Positions 28,601 through 39,050 of a stretch of DNA of 64,000 bases are shown in pieces. The position numbers were made by a program, and so were the translations under genes. The stretch is taken from contig CAZQIE010000007.1 of the NCBI GenBank assembly GCA_964593675.1, forward strand, positions 671-64,670. Reading direction: 5' to 3'. The notes beneath the pieces were generated by a model, which worked only from the letters and a program-made list of their open reading frames with translations, ran no database searches and was not told the origin of the DNA. Source of the stretch: an uncultured Opitutales bacterium (lineage in GTDB: Bacteria; Verrucomicrobiota; Verrucomicrobiia; Opitutales; CAZQIE01). Each line of letters begins with the position of its first letter. Position 1 is the stretch's first letter.

Positions 28601-29422
28601 CTACGGAGCCACGGGCATGACCTCGTCGTAGGTCAGTCCGAGACGCACTTCATCAAACTTCGCCACCGAGGCCGCTGGCGAAAGGTGTCGCACCTGCACG
28701 GTATCAAACGCGAGTCCGGTTGCGTCCGCCGTTGTCGACACTGTTGCCATCTTGCCGTCCGGCTGATCCCCGCCGACCGTGGGGTTGAGCCAGAGGGTCA
28801 CCGTGTCGGTGCGCGTTTCGTTTTGAACGTCGCCAAACTGCACGCGGAACAGCATGAGGGCAGGCTTTTCGGGATCGAGCGTCCCCGGGCTTCCGCTGGC
28901 GCGATGGTTGTAGCTGGGAAGACGCACGCGCGTATCTTTTGCGTCGAAGTCAAAGATGATGGCGGCACCCCCGGAGGACTGCAGGGTCACCGAACAACGT
29001 CCATTCGGGGCCTGCGGCCGCTGGACGAGGAAGCTGCCCCAGAGCGTCTTGCCGGGCTTGCCGATGAGGCCCTTGGCGTCCACCAGCGAAGCGAACTTGC
29101 CCTTCAGGTCAACGAGGCGCCACGCGCGGTCGCTGGCGCCCGTGATCACGGCTGCCCCACCGCTTGTCGCCAGCTTTTTATCACCGGAGGCGTAGGAGAG
29201 GCTCTCAGCCTGGATGTTGAAGTTGGTCGGCACGCCAGAAGTGGTGGTCCAGGCCCCTCCCCAGCCCTTGCCACCCTCACCGCCGATGAAGGCTTCGCCC
29301 GCAGGATATTCGAAAGACTCCTGCGTGTATGCGTGCACCTGCGAGGCGAAAATCGGGCCCGCCGAAACGGCGCAGAGGGTCATAAGGGATCGGACTTTGG
29401 CAGCAACGGATGTCGGTTTCAT
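28601..29422 (-). CDS. Secreted protein consisting of one copy of the ~260-aa GWGGxW...FDExRxG domain
   Basis: Signal peptide MKPTSVAAKVRSLMTLCAVSAGPIFASQVHA. ESFEYPAG...GGKGWGGAW...KTLWGSF...FDEVRLGLTYDEV aligns by eye with two modules of the giant protein. Confidence 0.7.
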   Translation of the reverse strand: MKPTSVAAKVRSLMTLCAVSAGPIFASQVHAYTQESFEYPAGEAFIGGEGGKGWGGAWTTTSGVPTNFNIQAESLSYASGDKKLATSGGAAVITGASDRAWRLVDLKGKFASLVDAKGLIGKPGKTLWGSFLVQRPQAPNGRCSVTLQSSGGAAIIFDFDAKDTRVRLPSYNHRASGSPGTLDPEKPALMLFRVQFGDVQNETRTDTVTLWLNPTVGGDQPDGKMATVSTTADATGLAFDTVQVRHLSPAASVAKFDEVRLGLTYDEVMPVAP

Positions 29423-29472
29423 GCGTCCCTTATCATCCGGTTTCCGGCCCCCGCTATCAACGTGCGCCCGCG

Positions 29473-29486
29473 CGAAACCGTTGACA
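29473..29486 (-). promoter_or_regulatory. Glycan-locus box TGTCAACGGTTTCG
   Basis: 61 nt upstream of the start at 29422. CGTTGA follows 17 nt after AAC. Confidence 0.5.
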
Positions 29487-29512
29487 ATCGGGAGACCGAG
29501 CCGTCCGCTTGC

Positions 29513-31603
29513 CTACGGCTGAGACGCCGCTTCCTTTTTCGCGTCGGCTTCGGCGGCTTTTGCACCTGCTTCCGGATGGCGGTTCGCAAGCACCTGACCG
29601 TCGTCCTCCGGATCGGGAACGGCCGACTCGAGCTTGCGGATCAACCGCACGACGTCGCGGCACGCGCCGATACCAAACCAGAAGATGTTCACCACGCAGA
29701 TAATCAGGGGAACAATGATGTTCTGGATGAGGATGTAGCGCCACCACCAGACATCCGGCCAGCGTTGGAAGCCGAGGTTCCAGATCAGGGCCACGACGAA
29801 CATGACGCTCCAGAATGTGGAGTAGAAGAACACGGAGTAGGCGAAGATCTTGTCCCACTTGGTGTAGTGCTCGTCGACCTGGAGGAAGCGGGCGAGCCAG
29901 CCACGCTTATCAAGGATCGCCGCCGCCTTGCTTTCCGTGCCATCGAGATCCTCTTTCACCGCATAGGCCCCGCGATGGAGGAGCTTGTCCATATTGTGGG
30001 GTTCCCGGCAGGTGAGGATGGAAGTGATGATGTAGACGGAACTGGCGAGACCGGCCGCGATGAGGCTCATAATCTGGCCGTTCACGGGAAACCGTCCGGC
30101 ATTGGCGGCAGCCCAGTCGCGGACCCCTTCCCAGGGCGCGTGCGCCGCGCACAGCGGCTGCAGCTCCTTCCAGAAAGTTTGCAGGCCCCACCCGATAAGG
30201 GCACAACCGGCGCCCGTGATTAATGCCGCCCAGGCAGCTTTGGTGGTGCCGCGTTTCCAGTAGAGCCCCCCGAAAAACACCACACCTGCGCCACCGAGGG
30301 AGATCGAGCCGATCAGTGCCATGAGCAACTGGAGGTAGTCCGACGGCCGGTAAATCATGCTGAAGCCAACCGTAAAGGCGCCCGCGCCAAAGACCGCCAA
30401 CCGCAGCCAGCGCACCTGACGGTCCGGCTCAATGGGCTTGTTGCGGATCGGCAGAAGGACGTCCTGAATGAAAGTTGACCCGAGGAACATGCAGTAGGCA
30501 CCCATGCCCGCGATCGACCGCAGGAGGCCGATCGCGACGAAACACCCGCGGACGCCTGTCGGCAACAGGTGGCCCAACGCACTCGGCATCTGCATCTGCG
30601 TGCGAAGTTGTGCATTGTCGATGTGGGACAGCGACGCCGCGACAGAGGCCTGCTGCTGGGCAAAATCGGGATGCCGAAGGATCGTGAAAGCACCCACCGC
30701 TACCAGTGAGGTCAGGGCAACCACGCCGAAACCGCGCCACGTGCCGAGCACCGCAGCCATGCGGCTTTCGTGAGCCGTAGCCGCCGAGGCCGAACCGTTT
30801 CCGCGGAAGTAATAGAGCGCCAGCATGAACCCGATTACAATGAACCAGCCGTTGAAATCCTGTCTTGCCGCGATGTCCAACGGGTTCACGTAAGAGCTTC
30901 CCGCCGAACCCGACAGGAGCGCCTGCTCAACCTGATCCAGGCGAACCAGCGGCAGCGTGAAGACGCCGAGGATGGCCGTGATGACCACAAGGTATAAGGC
31001 GCCGGAGATGACATACTCCAGGCTGTCAGAGATGATCACGCCGACCTGGCCGCTGACCATCGTGGAGGTGATGGCCAGAGCCGTCATGGCGACCATGACC
31101 ACGAAGATTGTGGGAACCTCCATGGAGAACAGGGCGATCTCAGCCGGCAGTCCCAGGAAATACACGAAAAACCGCGCCGTTACACCTGGCACGACACCGA
31201 AGAAAAAGAGTCCGGACGTGAAGCTCAGCACGCTGGCAAAGATGCGGAGCCCCTTGCTGTACCGCTGCTCCAGGAACTGATTCAGCGTATAAACGCGCGT
31301 CTCGCGCATGCGGAACGTCACAAACCCCGAGATCGTGATGAACAGCCAGATCAGCCCGGTGAAGGCGCCCCAAAACTGCATCGAAAAGCCGGCCCGGGAG
31401 AAGACCTCCATCATCGAGACCGTCCCCATGACGCCCGCCGTGGCCTCGCCCGTGGCGGTGGCGAGCAGGAAGCGCCCCGCTCCACGCCCGGCGGCCAGGA
31501 AGCCGGCAACGCCGCGCATGTAGCGGCGCAGGTACACCGTGAACGCCGTGGTCAATACCAGCGGGAGTAGCATGATCACCAGATCCAAAGTAGTCAGTTT
31601 CAT
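29513..31603 (-). CDS. Sodium:solute symporter (SSS) family transporter
   Basis: 696 aa and highly hydrophobic with many predicted TM helices. The N-terminus LDLVIMLLPLVLTTAFTVYLRRYMRGVAGFLAAGR is typical of SSS proteins. Confidence 0.8.
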   Translation of the reverse strand: MKLTTLDLVIMLLPLVLTTAFTVYLRRYMRGVAGFLAAGRGAGRFLLATATGEATAGVMGTVSMMEVFSRAGFSMQFWGAFTGLIWLFITISGFVTFRMRETRVYTLNQFLEQRYSKGLRIFASVLSFTSGLFFFGVVPGVTARFFVYFLGLPAEIALFSMEVPTIFVVMVAMTALAITSTMVSGQVGVIISDSLEYVISGALYLVVITAILGVFTLPLVRLDQVEQALLSGSAGSSYVNPLDIAARQDFNGWFIVIGFMLALYYFRGNGSASAATAHESRMAAVLGTWRGFGVVALTSLVAVGAFTILRHPDFAQQQASVAASLSHIDNAQLRTQMQMPSALGHLLPTGVRGCFVAIGLLRSIAGMGAYCMFLGSTFIQDVLLPIRNKPIEPDRQVRWLRLAVFGAGAFTVGFSMIYRPSDYLQLLMALIGSISLGGAGVVFFGGLYWKRGTTKAAWAALITGAGCALIGWGLQTFWKELQPLCAAHAPWEGVRDWAAANAGRFPVNGQIMSLIAAGLASSVYIITSILTCREPHNMDKLLHRGAYAVKEDLDGTESKAAAILDKRGWLARFLQVDEHYTKWDKIFAYSVFFYSTFWSVMFVVALIWNLGFQRWPDVWWWRYILIQNIIVPLIICVVNIFWFGIGACRDVVRLIRKLESAVPDPEDDGQVLANRHPEAGAKAAEADAKKEAASQP

Positions 31604-31740
31604 GGATGCTGAGCCTCGATAGGGAAATAGGGTTTGACCGTCTTTGGTGCCTCAACGGGGTCCTGGCGTTTGAAGCAGTGGGATTTCAGCCGTCTAGTTC
31701 ATTCTGCACAGGGCAGGCCTCCCGGAAATGCTGCAACAGG

Positions 31741-31753
31741 CGAAACCGTTGAT
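31741..31753 (-). promoter_or_regulatory. Glycan-locus box ATCAACGGTTTCG
   Basis: 147 nt upstream of the start at 31603. On the coding strand it is preceded by a small hairpin GGGCTaaaAGCCC plus TTTT (31774-31790). Confidence 0.5.
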
Positions 31754-31949
31754 TCAAAAAGCCTCTCAGGGAAAAGGGCTTTTAGCCCGTGCGTTGGCCG
31801 CAAGTTGGGAGGCGCCTCTCATTGGGAGGGCTCCGCCTTCCACGGCGGTCGAAGGCGGCCATGGCAGGCTTGCGCCAGGGGGGTAAGGACCTTGTGCCAG
31901 CGCTTAAAAGGTGGCTGGCACGGCACGGGTATTTTCATGCGATGCTCCG

Positions 31950-33911
31950 TCATGCCTCGGCTAAAATCAGGAAGGCACAGGTTTGGGGTTTGAGAGAGCA
32001 TTCGCAGGTATACGTTGTTCCCGTGAGCGCGTCCTTCGCTGGCGAGGTCAGCGGGAACGAGACGGCCTCGGTGCCCCAGTTCGCGACAGCGAGGGCGCGG
32101 CCGCGGTCTGGGCTGTCCATGGGGATAACCGTGGTGTTGGGCAGCGCTGGCAGCCTCGGGACGCCGCTGCGCTGGGCAACGCCTGCGAAAAGCGCGACAT
32201 TGGCTTCGGGAGGTAGATGCGTCCCGATCAAGTAAAGGGTGCCCTTGCCCACCGGGACCGCTATGCCCCAGGCCTCCCCAGACTGGCGGCCGGTTTTATA
32301 GCACCCCAAGACTTCTATGCCCGGGCCTTCAGCGAAGGAAACAGTCTCGCCCGCCGGCACGTCCAGTGCACGGCCCTGGTATTCGATCGTCGTCGCACCG
32401 GCCCATTCCCAATGCCGGGTGGAAAACCCGAAACGCTCCTCTAGCTTACCGAGAAGCCCGTTCGTGTGCGCCGTATTCTCGGGCGTCCTTGTACCGCTAC
32501 ACGGGCCGAGCACCGCGGCGCCCCCGCGCTCCAGCCACGGCCCGAGGCGCGCCACGAAAGCGTCTTCCACACAGGTAAGGTACGGGACGATGAGCATGGC
32601 GTAGCGGGAGAAATCGGCCTCCGCCCAGATGACGTCCCTCCAGAGGCCCGCATCGCCCAGCGCGCGGTGCTGCCGGCTCATTGAGCCGAAGTATTCAAAT
32701 TTTGGAGACGGCGGGGTGTCTTCATGCAGGTAGCGGCTGAAGCGGTCCGACCGTACGAGCGCGACAGGAGCGGGTGCCGGCGAGAACGTCCCCAGAAGCG
32801 GCTCGAGAGCCCGGTGCAGCGCCGACAGCTGGGGAAGCTCAAGTCCGCCACGTGTGGGCGCCCCGTGGGCGTAGAGGAAGGAAGGGTGCGGGATCTCCAT
32901 GCCCGCGCGTTGTTGACGCCAGAGCCAATACAGGACGGCCTGACTCCCGGAGCACCACATGAGGAACGCCTGCACAGCCAGATAACCCGCGGGATGGTTG
33001 CCCCAGAGGTTGAAATCGGGGCTGGTCTCCATGATCCAGAATTTCCGGCCGGGCTTGATTGCCCGCAGCCAATCCAAATCCCACTGGAGCACCCAGGACT
33101 CGGCGGCGGAATGGTAAAAGTCGGACGAAGCGAAGTCCAGGGGCGCAAAGAGAGACGGGTTATCCGCCGAGCTCACCGTGTTTGTGGTGATGGGCGCTGC
33201 GCTGTGCTCCCGGACTGCGTCGGCTTGCAGGTGGATCAGTTCGTTTGCCTGGTCGGCCTGGAAACGCAGGTAGGACGCGCGCAGGGGCGGGCTCTGCCAA
33301 CCTTCAAGCACAGGGACTTCCGCGAAAGCGCCATAGGTCATGCTCCAAACGGAAGTGCCCCAGGCCTCATTGAGGGCGTCGATTGAGCCATAGTGCTGTG
33401 CGAGCCACTTCGGCCACGCCGCACGGCAGGCTTCGCAGATGCACGGCCGCAGCTTCGGCTCATTATCCACCTGCCACGCCACGAGTCCGGGGTGGCGCCC
33501 AAACTCCCGCGCCATCCAGCGCGCGATGCGCACGGCGTGTTGCCGGAAGATGGGGTTGCCGGGACACGGGTGCTGTCGGCCCCCGTGGAGGGCACGTTCT
33601 CCTTTCGCGTTAACCCAGCCTATCTCGGGGTGGCGCACGGTAAGCCAGCGGGGCGGCGTCGCCGTGGGCGTGCCCAGGACGGTCGAAAGTCCCTCCGCGT
33701 GAAGCTCATCCATCACGGCCCGCATCCAGTCCGCCTTCAGCTCGTTTTCCTTCGGCTCGAAAGTGCTCCAGGCAAACTCGCCCATACGGACAACGTTCAA
33801 GCCTGCATCGCGGATGCGGCGGATGTCTTCGCGAACGACGTCGCGGCTCCACGCTTCAGGATACAGCGCGGCGCCCAGCCAGAGCCGGTTCTTGTGAGCT
33901 TGTTCTGCCAT
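31950..33911 (-). CDS. Beta-galactosidase, glycoside hydrolase family 42
   Basis: LGAALYPEAWSRDVVREDIRRIRDAGLNVVRMGEFAWSTFEP, WQVDNEP, 653 aa, no signal peptide. Confidence 0.85.
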   Translation of the reverse strand: MAEQAHKNRLWLGAALYPEAWSRDVVREDIRRIRDAGLNVVRMGEFAWSTFEPKENELKADWMRAVMDELHAEGLSTVLGTPTATPPRWLTVRHPEIGWVNAKGERALHGGRQHPCPGNPIFRQHAVRIARWMAREFGRHPGLVAWQVDNEPKLRPCICEACRAAWPKWLAQHYGSIDALNEAWGTSVWSMTYGAFAEVPVLEGWQSPPLRASYLRFQADQANELIHLQADAVREHSAAPITTNTVSSADNPSLFAPLDFASSDFYHSAAESWVLQWDLDWLRAIKPGRKFWIMETSPDFNLWGNHPAGYLAVQAFLMWCSGSQAVLYWLWRQQRAGMEIPHPSFLYAHGAPTRGGLELPQLSALHRALEPLLGTFSPAPAPVALVRSDRFSRYLHEDTPPSPKFEYFGSMSRQHRALGDAGLWRDVIWAEADFSRYAMLIVPYLTCVEDAFVARLGPWLERGGAAVLGPCSGTRTPENTAHTNGLLGKLEERFGFSTRHWEWAGATTIEYQGRALDVPAGETVSFAEGPGIEVLGCYKTGRQSGEAWGIAVPVGKGTLYLIGTHLPPEANVALFAGVAQRSGVPRLPALPNTTVIPMDSPDRGRALAVANWGTEAVSFPLTSPAKDALTGTTYTCECSLKPQTCAFLILAEA

Positions 33912-33960
33912 GGAAGAGGTGCGGGGGTGAATTCAGGAAGCGTGGCGCGGCTAAGGAAGA

Positions 33961-36765
33961 TCAACGCGGCCGGGGTCCTTGGCGGGCATCCGCCGGCACA
34001 CGGCCCTGGAGGACTTCGGCTACGGATGCGGGGGTTGCGGTCGTTTCGAAGTAGAGCAGATCGGCAGAGGCCTCACAGGGCCCGGAAATCCTGTTTCCCC
34101 AAAGATCGCGGGCCACCCAACCTCTGGGCACCTTCGCGAGCTTCCATGCCGAAAAGGACGGAGCGGTCGTCACGACGGCAACGGTGCGGCCCTTTCCTGC
34201 GAAGACCCACGCGTAGACGCCCTCGGCCAGCGAAACCTGGCGGTCGAACTTCAGGTCCTCAAGAAGCCACTGCATTGCCGCATCGGCCACTGCAGTGGGA
34301 TGCACGGCGCCCCCGTTGCCGCGCGCTTCCCGAAAACCTGCAACCGTCTGGCTGCCGTCGAAGAGATCGAACCCATGCATCGCGTAGGCGAAATACTTCT
34401 CGCCGCCAGCTGCCAGCGTCGAGAGGCGGTAGCGCACCTCTTCGCGCGAAGCCATGCGCCAGTCGTCCTTGTTCTCGTAGGGAAGCGTGTGCTTCCAGAG
34501 GCCGTCCCGCGTCGAATCGCGGTTTGAGCCGCCCTCCGTCATCCAGACGAGCATGCCGAGGGTCCCGTCTGCCCGCGCGGCGCGCACTGGCCCGGACACC
34601 AAAGGCAGGCCATTCCTGAAAACGGCATCGTCGGGGTAGCCGCTCGGCGAGGACACATACGAGTGGTATGAGAACCCCGAAGGCGCGGGCGCCTTGAGCC
34701 CGTGTGCGTCGACAAGCGCCTTCACCCAAGCCACGCCTTCGTGGTCGCCGGTCGCATTGAAGCCGAATACCGGTTTGCCAGGAACGGTCTCGCCTGCGAC
34801 GCGCACGGCGCGCTGGGTGAGGTCCGCGTAAGCGGCGGCGACTGTGGGCAAGGGGTCGCGCACGCCACGTGGAAACTGCTTTAGCTGCGCGGGGTCCCAG
34901 CGGCGCCAGAAGTTTGGCAGCCACGGCTCGTTCCATACTTCCCAGGCCGCGACCTGCCCAGCGTAGCGCGTGGTGATCGTCCTCACGTAGTTTTCCCAGT
35001 CAGGCAGGTGCTCAGGCTTTGGCTGAAGGTAAGCGTGATCCCAGAACGCCGTGCCGGGGCTGCCATTGGCCCAACCGGGCGAAGTGGACAACATCCCGAG
35101 GACAAGAAGGTTTTGGTCTCTGTACTTTTTGAGAAGCTCGTCGCGCCAGACCCACTGGCCGGCCTTGGGCTCCACATGGTACCAGCTCGTGATCGTGTTG
35201 CCCGTGTCGTGCAGACGCACCCAATTGTGGCCTGTGGCCTTGGCCAGCACGAGGCTGCGGTTGAGGTGCCCCACGTGTACGCCGAAAGGTGACTCCGGAG
35301 CGTCCTTGCCCCAATAACGCGGGCGCGGCAGCCTCGCGACGACAGTCTCGGCAATCGGGCTTATGACCTTGCCGGCTGCATCCACGACCGAGGCCTCAAC
35401 GCGAAACAGGCCTGCTGAGCGTGAAGGATCGACGAGCCCGCCGAAGTCCAGCGCCAAGGTCTCCAGCTTCGTCCCGGCCTGAAGCCCACGCAGCGGCGCC
35501 TTGCGCGTGTTGCCGTAAAGGTCGGTCGCCGAAATCGCGAGGCGGCAACCGGCAGGCAAAGGGCCGCACACGGCGAGGTTCAGGGCTGCCGGCTCATCCA
35601 AGAACTGGATGCCCGCCGCCGACGCATCACTCCGCGGAATCGCCAGCGCGACTTCAGCCTCCGCGGACGGTGCCCAGGCAGAAGGCGCCTCGCCCACTTC
35701 AAGCTGAAGGGCGTCCAGCCAGACGGGCCCGGCCGTCTCCAGTGCGAAAAGGTGAACCGGTCCGCGCAACTGCGGCAGGAACGGCAACACCACCCGTTGC
35801 CACTGATCGCTTGCAGAGAAGCCCGCCCGCCCGAGAATGTTTGCGCGATTACGGGGGTCCCCGCCCTTCAACACCAGAAGCTCGCCCGGGGCTTTGGCCT
35901 TCACGTACAGGCTCAAGACGTGATTCGAAAACGTCCATTGGACGGGCAAGGGCGCGGAGTAGAAGGCGGCCTTTTCATTTGGCGCAAACTTCAGGGCAGG
36001 CAAACCGCTTGGCCCACTGGTCTCAGCAGGGTCAGCGGCGAACTCAGCCTCCGCGTCGTCGAGATTATACGCCAACACCCAGGCCGGAGGTGCGCCCAAT
36101 GGGAAGCGCGAGCTCGTCGCCCGGTTGCCGGGCTTGCCACCATCCGGGAACGCCGCTTTCAGGTCCGCCACAATCTCGTCGCGGCTGAAACGCTCGATTC
36201 TGATCGACTGGATCTCGACGGTGCCGGCACCCCCGCCGGGCAACTGGAACTGGAAGTACGGCTTGGCCTGCTCGCCCACGGCCGGCGCGATGAACTCATA
36301 GACAAATGTGTTCCATTCGGCGTACAGGTTAACGTCCGTGCGCCACGGTGCCTTCTGCTTGGGCACGATGATGATTGCGTGGAAATTGCGGCTGTCCGGC
36401 GTACGTGCGCGAATCGAAACGCGGTAGAGGCAAAGGTCCGGTTGCGTCAGGCCCGGGTCAAAACGGATCTGCGCGTGGCCTTTGTCGCCGCGCCGGATGC
36501 GGAGGAATTTCACCCCCGCTTCCTCTTCCACCGTGTAGGCCACTTCGACTTCCTTGTTGAAAGCAGAGTCGTCCTTCCAGCCCTTCGGAAGCACGCCCTG
36601 GATTGACTTGCCGGGCGCGGAAACCCGATTAAGCGGCTCGAGGTTTTCCGCGAAAACGGTGTCCACGATGACCTCCGCACGCGCAGGCGTTCTCCCGGCC
36701 GCAAGCAGCACGCCGAGCGCAAACAGCGGGAGCAGGACGAGATAATAAGCCTGACGAGTTTTCAT
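33961..36765 (-). CDS. Secreted glycoside hydrolase, clan GH-A TIM barrel with N-terminal beta-sandwich modules
   Basis: ATG at 36765 gives the signal peptide MKTRQAYYLVLLPLFALGVLLAAGRTPARA. The C-terminal part has HNWVRLHD and WEVWNEPW (NEP acid/base motif). The exact family is not assignable by eye. Confidence 0.6.
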   Translation of the reverse strand: MKTRQAYYLVLLPLFALGVLLAAGRTPARAEVIVDTVFAENLEPLNRVSAPGKSIQGVLPKGWKDDSAFNKEVEVAYTVEEEAGVKFLRIRRGDKGHAQIRFDPGLTQPDLCLYRVSIRARTPDSRNFHAIIIVPKQKAPWRTDVNLYAEWNTFVYEFIAPAVGEQAKPYFQFQLPGGGAGTVEIQSIRIERFSRDEIVADLKAAFPDGGKPGNRATSSRFPLGAPPAWVLAYNLDDAEAEFAADPAETSGPSGLPALKFAPNEKAAFYSAPLPVQWTFSNHVLSLYVKAKAPGELLVLKGGDPRNRANILGRAGFSASDQWQRVVLPFLPQLRGPVHLFALETAGPVWLDALQLEVGEAPSAWAPSAEAEVALAIPRSDASAAGIQFLDEPAALNLAVCGPLPAGCRLAISATDLYGNTRKAPLRGLQAGTKLETLALDFGGLVDPSRSAGLFRVEASVVDAAGKVISPIAETVVARLPRPRYWGKDAPESPFGVHVGHLNRSLVLAKATGHNWVRLHDTGNTITSWYHVEPKAGQWVWRDELLKKYRDQNLLVLGMLSTSPGWANGSPGTAFWDHAYLQPKPEHLPDWENYVRTITTRYAGQVAAWEVWNEPWLPNFWRRWDPAQLKQFPRGVRDPLPTVAAAYADLTQRAVRVAGETVPGKPVFGFNATGDHEGVAWVKALVDAHGLKAPAPSGFSYHSYVSSPSGYPDDAVFRNGLPLVSGPVRAARADGTLGMLVWMTEGGSNRDSTRDGLWKHTLPYENKDDWRMASREEVRYRLSTLAAGGEKYFAYAMHGFDLFDGSQTVAGFREARGNGGAVHPTAVADAAMQWLLEDLKFDRQVSLAEGVYAWVFAGKGRTVAVVTTAPSFSAWKLAKVPRGWVARDLWGNRISGPCEASADLLYFETTATPASVAEVLQGRVPADARQGPRPR

Positions 36766-36891
36766 GGGTAGACGGGGTTGCTCGCGATTGCGGACAAAAC
36801 CGGGCTTGCGGGGTGGGCCGGTTGTCCAGCGCGGGACTATCTCCGCTTCTGATCTTATATTCTTAGGGACAAACGGGAACGTTCGCCACGT

Positions 36892-36904
36892 TGAAACCGT
36901 TGAC
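36892..36904 (-). promoter_or_regulatory. Glycan-locus box GTCAACGGTTTCA
   Basis: 136 nt upstream of the start at 36765. Two more AACG copies follow at 9-nt spacing, and CGTTCC lies 17 nt after AAC. Confidence 0.5.
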
Positions 36905-37055
36905 CCTGGCTGAACCCTACGCACGGTCAAAAAGAAGAGAGCACATTCCGGTGGTCGCCCTCCCCACTTTTGTTTGCTGCCCTGCTCCACGATTTCAGCT
37001 ACAGCCCGGTTGTGGCAGCCAGTGCCCTTTTGAGAAATTACCCACGCGCGCGGAC

Positions 37056-37069
37056 GTGAACGCTTTTTT
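37056..37069 (+). promoter_or_regulatory. Glycan-locus box variant GTGAACGCTTTTTT
   Basis: 94 nt upstream of ATG 37153. This is the weakest match in the set. Confidence 0.35.
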
Positions 37070-37152
37070 GTGGGCGCCGCCCAACCGGCCCGGCCACCGT
37101 GCACCCAATGCTCGCCGCAGAGCGTTCCTCATCCCCGTTTCGCACAAAGATC

Positions 37153-38763
37153 ATGACCTACCGGACGCCCCAATGGCTCGAAAAAGCCGTCATTTATAAC
37201 CTCTACCCACAGTCGTTCCTCGACACCAACGGCGACGGCATTGGGGACCTCGCCGGGGTCATTGAGAAACTTGATTATATAAAATCACTGGGCTGCAACG
37301 CGGTTTGGCTGAACCCAATTTACCAGTCCCCGTTCCAGGACGCCGGCTACGACGTGACCAACCACTACGCCGTGGCCCCCCGGTATGGCTCGATCGAGGA
37401 TGCGCGACGGCTTTTCGCTGAGGCCCACAAGCGCGACATGAAGGTGCTGCTTGATTTGGTGCCGGGTCACACGTCGGTTGAACACCCGTGGTTCCGGAAG
37501 GCTGCCAGCGCAAACCCAGGCTGCATGCGGGACCGTTATATCTGGACATCGAACGTCTGGGAATCAGCCCCCGCGGGCCTGACGGCCGTCCACGGCTACG
37601 CCGAGCGCGACGGAAACTACCTGACGAACTTCTTCTGGTTCCAGCCAGCTTTGAACTACGGCTTCGCGCCGGTCGATCCCGCAAAGCCGTGGCAGCTCCC
37701 GCCGGAGCATCCGGCATGTCTTCAGACGCGCAAGGAGATGATGAAGGTGATGCGGTTCTGGCTGGAATGCGGCGCCGACGGGTTCCGCGTGGACATGGCC
37801 GCGTCACTCGTCAAGGGCCCCGCCGCCTACCCGGTCCTCCAGGCCTTGTGGGGCGAAGTCCGGGACTGGCTTGAGCGCGAGTATCCCGAGGCCGTGCTGG
37901 TATCTGAGTGGTCGAACCCGAAACAGTCCGTAGGCGCGGGCTTTCACATGGACTTCCTGATCCACTTCGTAAGCACGGCCTACACCTCCCTCTTCCGCAA
38001 GGAAGCCATGATGGGCGAAGGCGCAAACCGTTACGCGGCGTCGTATTTCAGCCGGCACGGCCGCGGCAATATCCGCGAATTTCTGGACACCTTCCTCACA
38101 GAGTACCGGGCCACGCTCGGAAAGGGATTCGTCTGCGTGCCATCTGGCAACCATGACATTTGCCCGCGGCTCGCGGACGGGCGTTCCATCCAGGACCTAA
38201 AGGTCGCCTTCGCGTTCCTGCTCACGCTGCCCGGTGTGCCCTACCTTTATTATGGAGATGAGATTGGGATGCGGTCCGTCCGCGGCCTCCCGTCCAAAGA
38301 AGGTGGCTACGTCCGGACCATGGTGCGTACACCAATGCAATGGAACGCCGGGAAAAACGCGGGGTTCTCCAGCGCGTCGGCCGAAAACCTCTATCTCCCG
38401 ATCGACCCGCAGGCCGACCGCCCATGCGTGGAACAGCAGGAGGGCGACCCCGACTCGTTGCTCAACTTCGTCCGCGCCTGCGCAGCCTTGCGCCGCGAAA
38501 GGCCTCAGTTGGCGGCCTCGTCGCCTTTTGAACTCGTGCATGGTGACGGCGATGGCCCGTTAATCTTCAGACGTGGTGGAAGCGGGAGTGGCATCGTGGT
38601 TGCAGTGAACCCGAAAGACGCCCCTGCACGTGTGGAGCTTCCCACCGTTGCCGCGGCAGACTTGCGCCCCCTTCTGGGGGAACGCGACGCGTTCCAGAAG
38701 GAAGGCAAGGGCTGGGTTGCCAAAATGAAGGGTACGTCTTACGCGATCGTTCAGGAAGGATAG
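37153..38763 (+). CDS. Alpha-amylase family (GH13) alpha-glucosidase-like enzyme
   Basis: YNLYPQSFLDTNGDGIGDLAGVIEKLDYIKSLGCNAVWLNPIY, DLVPGHTS, DGFRVDMA, SGNHD. The start is taken at ATG 37153 within ORF 37099..38763. Confidence 0.85.
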   Translation: MTYRTPQWLEKAVIYNLYPQSFLDTNGDGIGDLAGVIEKLDYIKSLGCNAVWLNPIYQSPFQDAGYDVTNHYAVAPRYGSIEDARRLFAEAHKRDMKVLLDLVPGHTSVEHPWFRKAASANPGCMRDRYIWTSNVWESAPAGLTAVHGYAERDGNYLTNFFWFQPALNYGFAPVDPAKPWQLPPEHPACLQTRKEMMKVMRFWLECGADGFRVDMAASLVKGPAAYPVLQALWGEVRDWLEREYPEAVLVSEWSNPKQSVGAGFHMDFLIHFVSTAYTSLFRKEAMMGEGANRYAASYFSRHGRGNIREFLDTFLTEYRATLGKGFVCVPSGNHDICPRLADGRSIQDLKVAFAFLLTLPGVPYLYYGDEIGMRSVRGLPSKEGGYVRTMVRTPMQWNAGKNAGFSSASAENLYLPIDPQADRPCVEQQEGDPDSLLNFVRACAALRRERPQLAASSPFELVHGDGDGPLIFRRGGSGSGIVVAVNPKDAPARVELPTVAAADLRPLLGERDAFQKEGKGWVAKMKGTSYAIVQEG

Positions 38764-38987
38764 TGGGGCGTAGCGGGAGGACGTTCTGTCCGCCGCGATA
38801 CCTGCCACCAAGTTTGCCCGGCTGCACGCCATGCCGCCGGTTCGGCCAAAATTGGCATCTGGCTTCACGTGGAGGTTCTCCGGGCGCCCGGAGAAACCCC
38901 TCAAGCCCGCGTGTAACCGAGCCTTCGCGCGGGCGCTCGTTGCGCACCTACGGTCGGGGCCGCCTCGAGGTTGTGGTGCGTACAAAA

Positions 38988-39026
38988 GGAATCCGGCAGC
39001 CCTTTCAAGCTGCCGGATTCTTCATT
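38988..39026. terminator. Bidirectional rho-independent terminator between convergent GH13 and PEP-CTERM genes
   Basis: GGAATCCGGCAGC-cctttcaa-GCTGCCGGATTC, with a T-rich tail on the plus strand and an A-run (T-run on the minus strand) on the other side. Confidence 0.75.
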
Positions 39027-39050
39027 ATCGAGCGACCTGGACCGAGGTGT

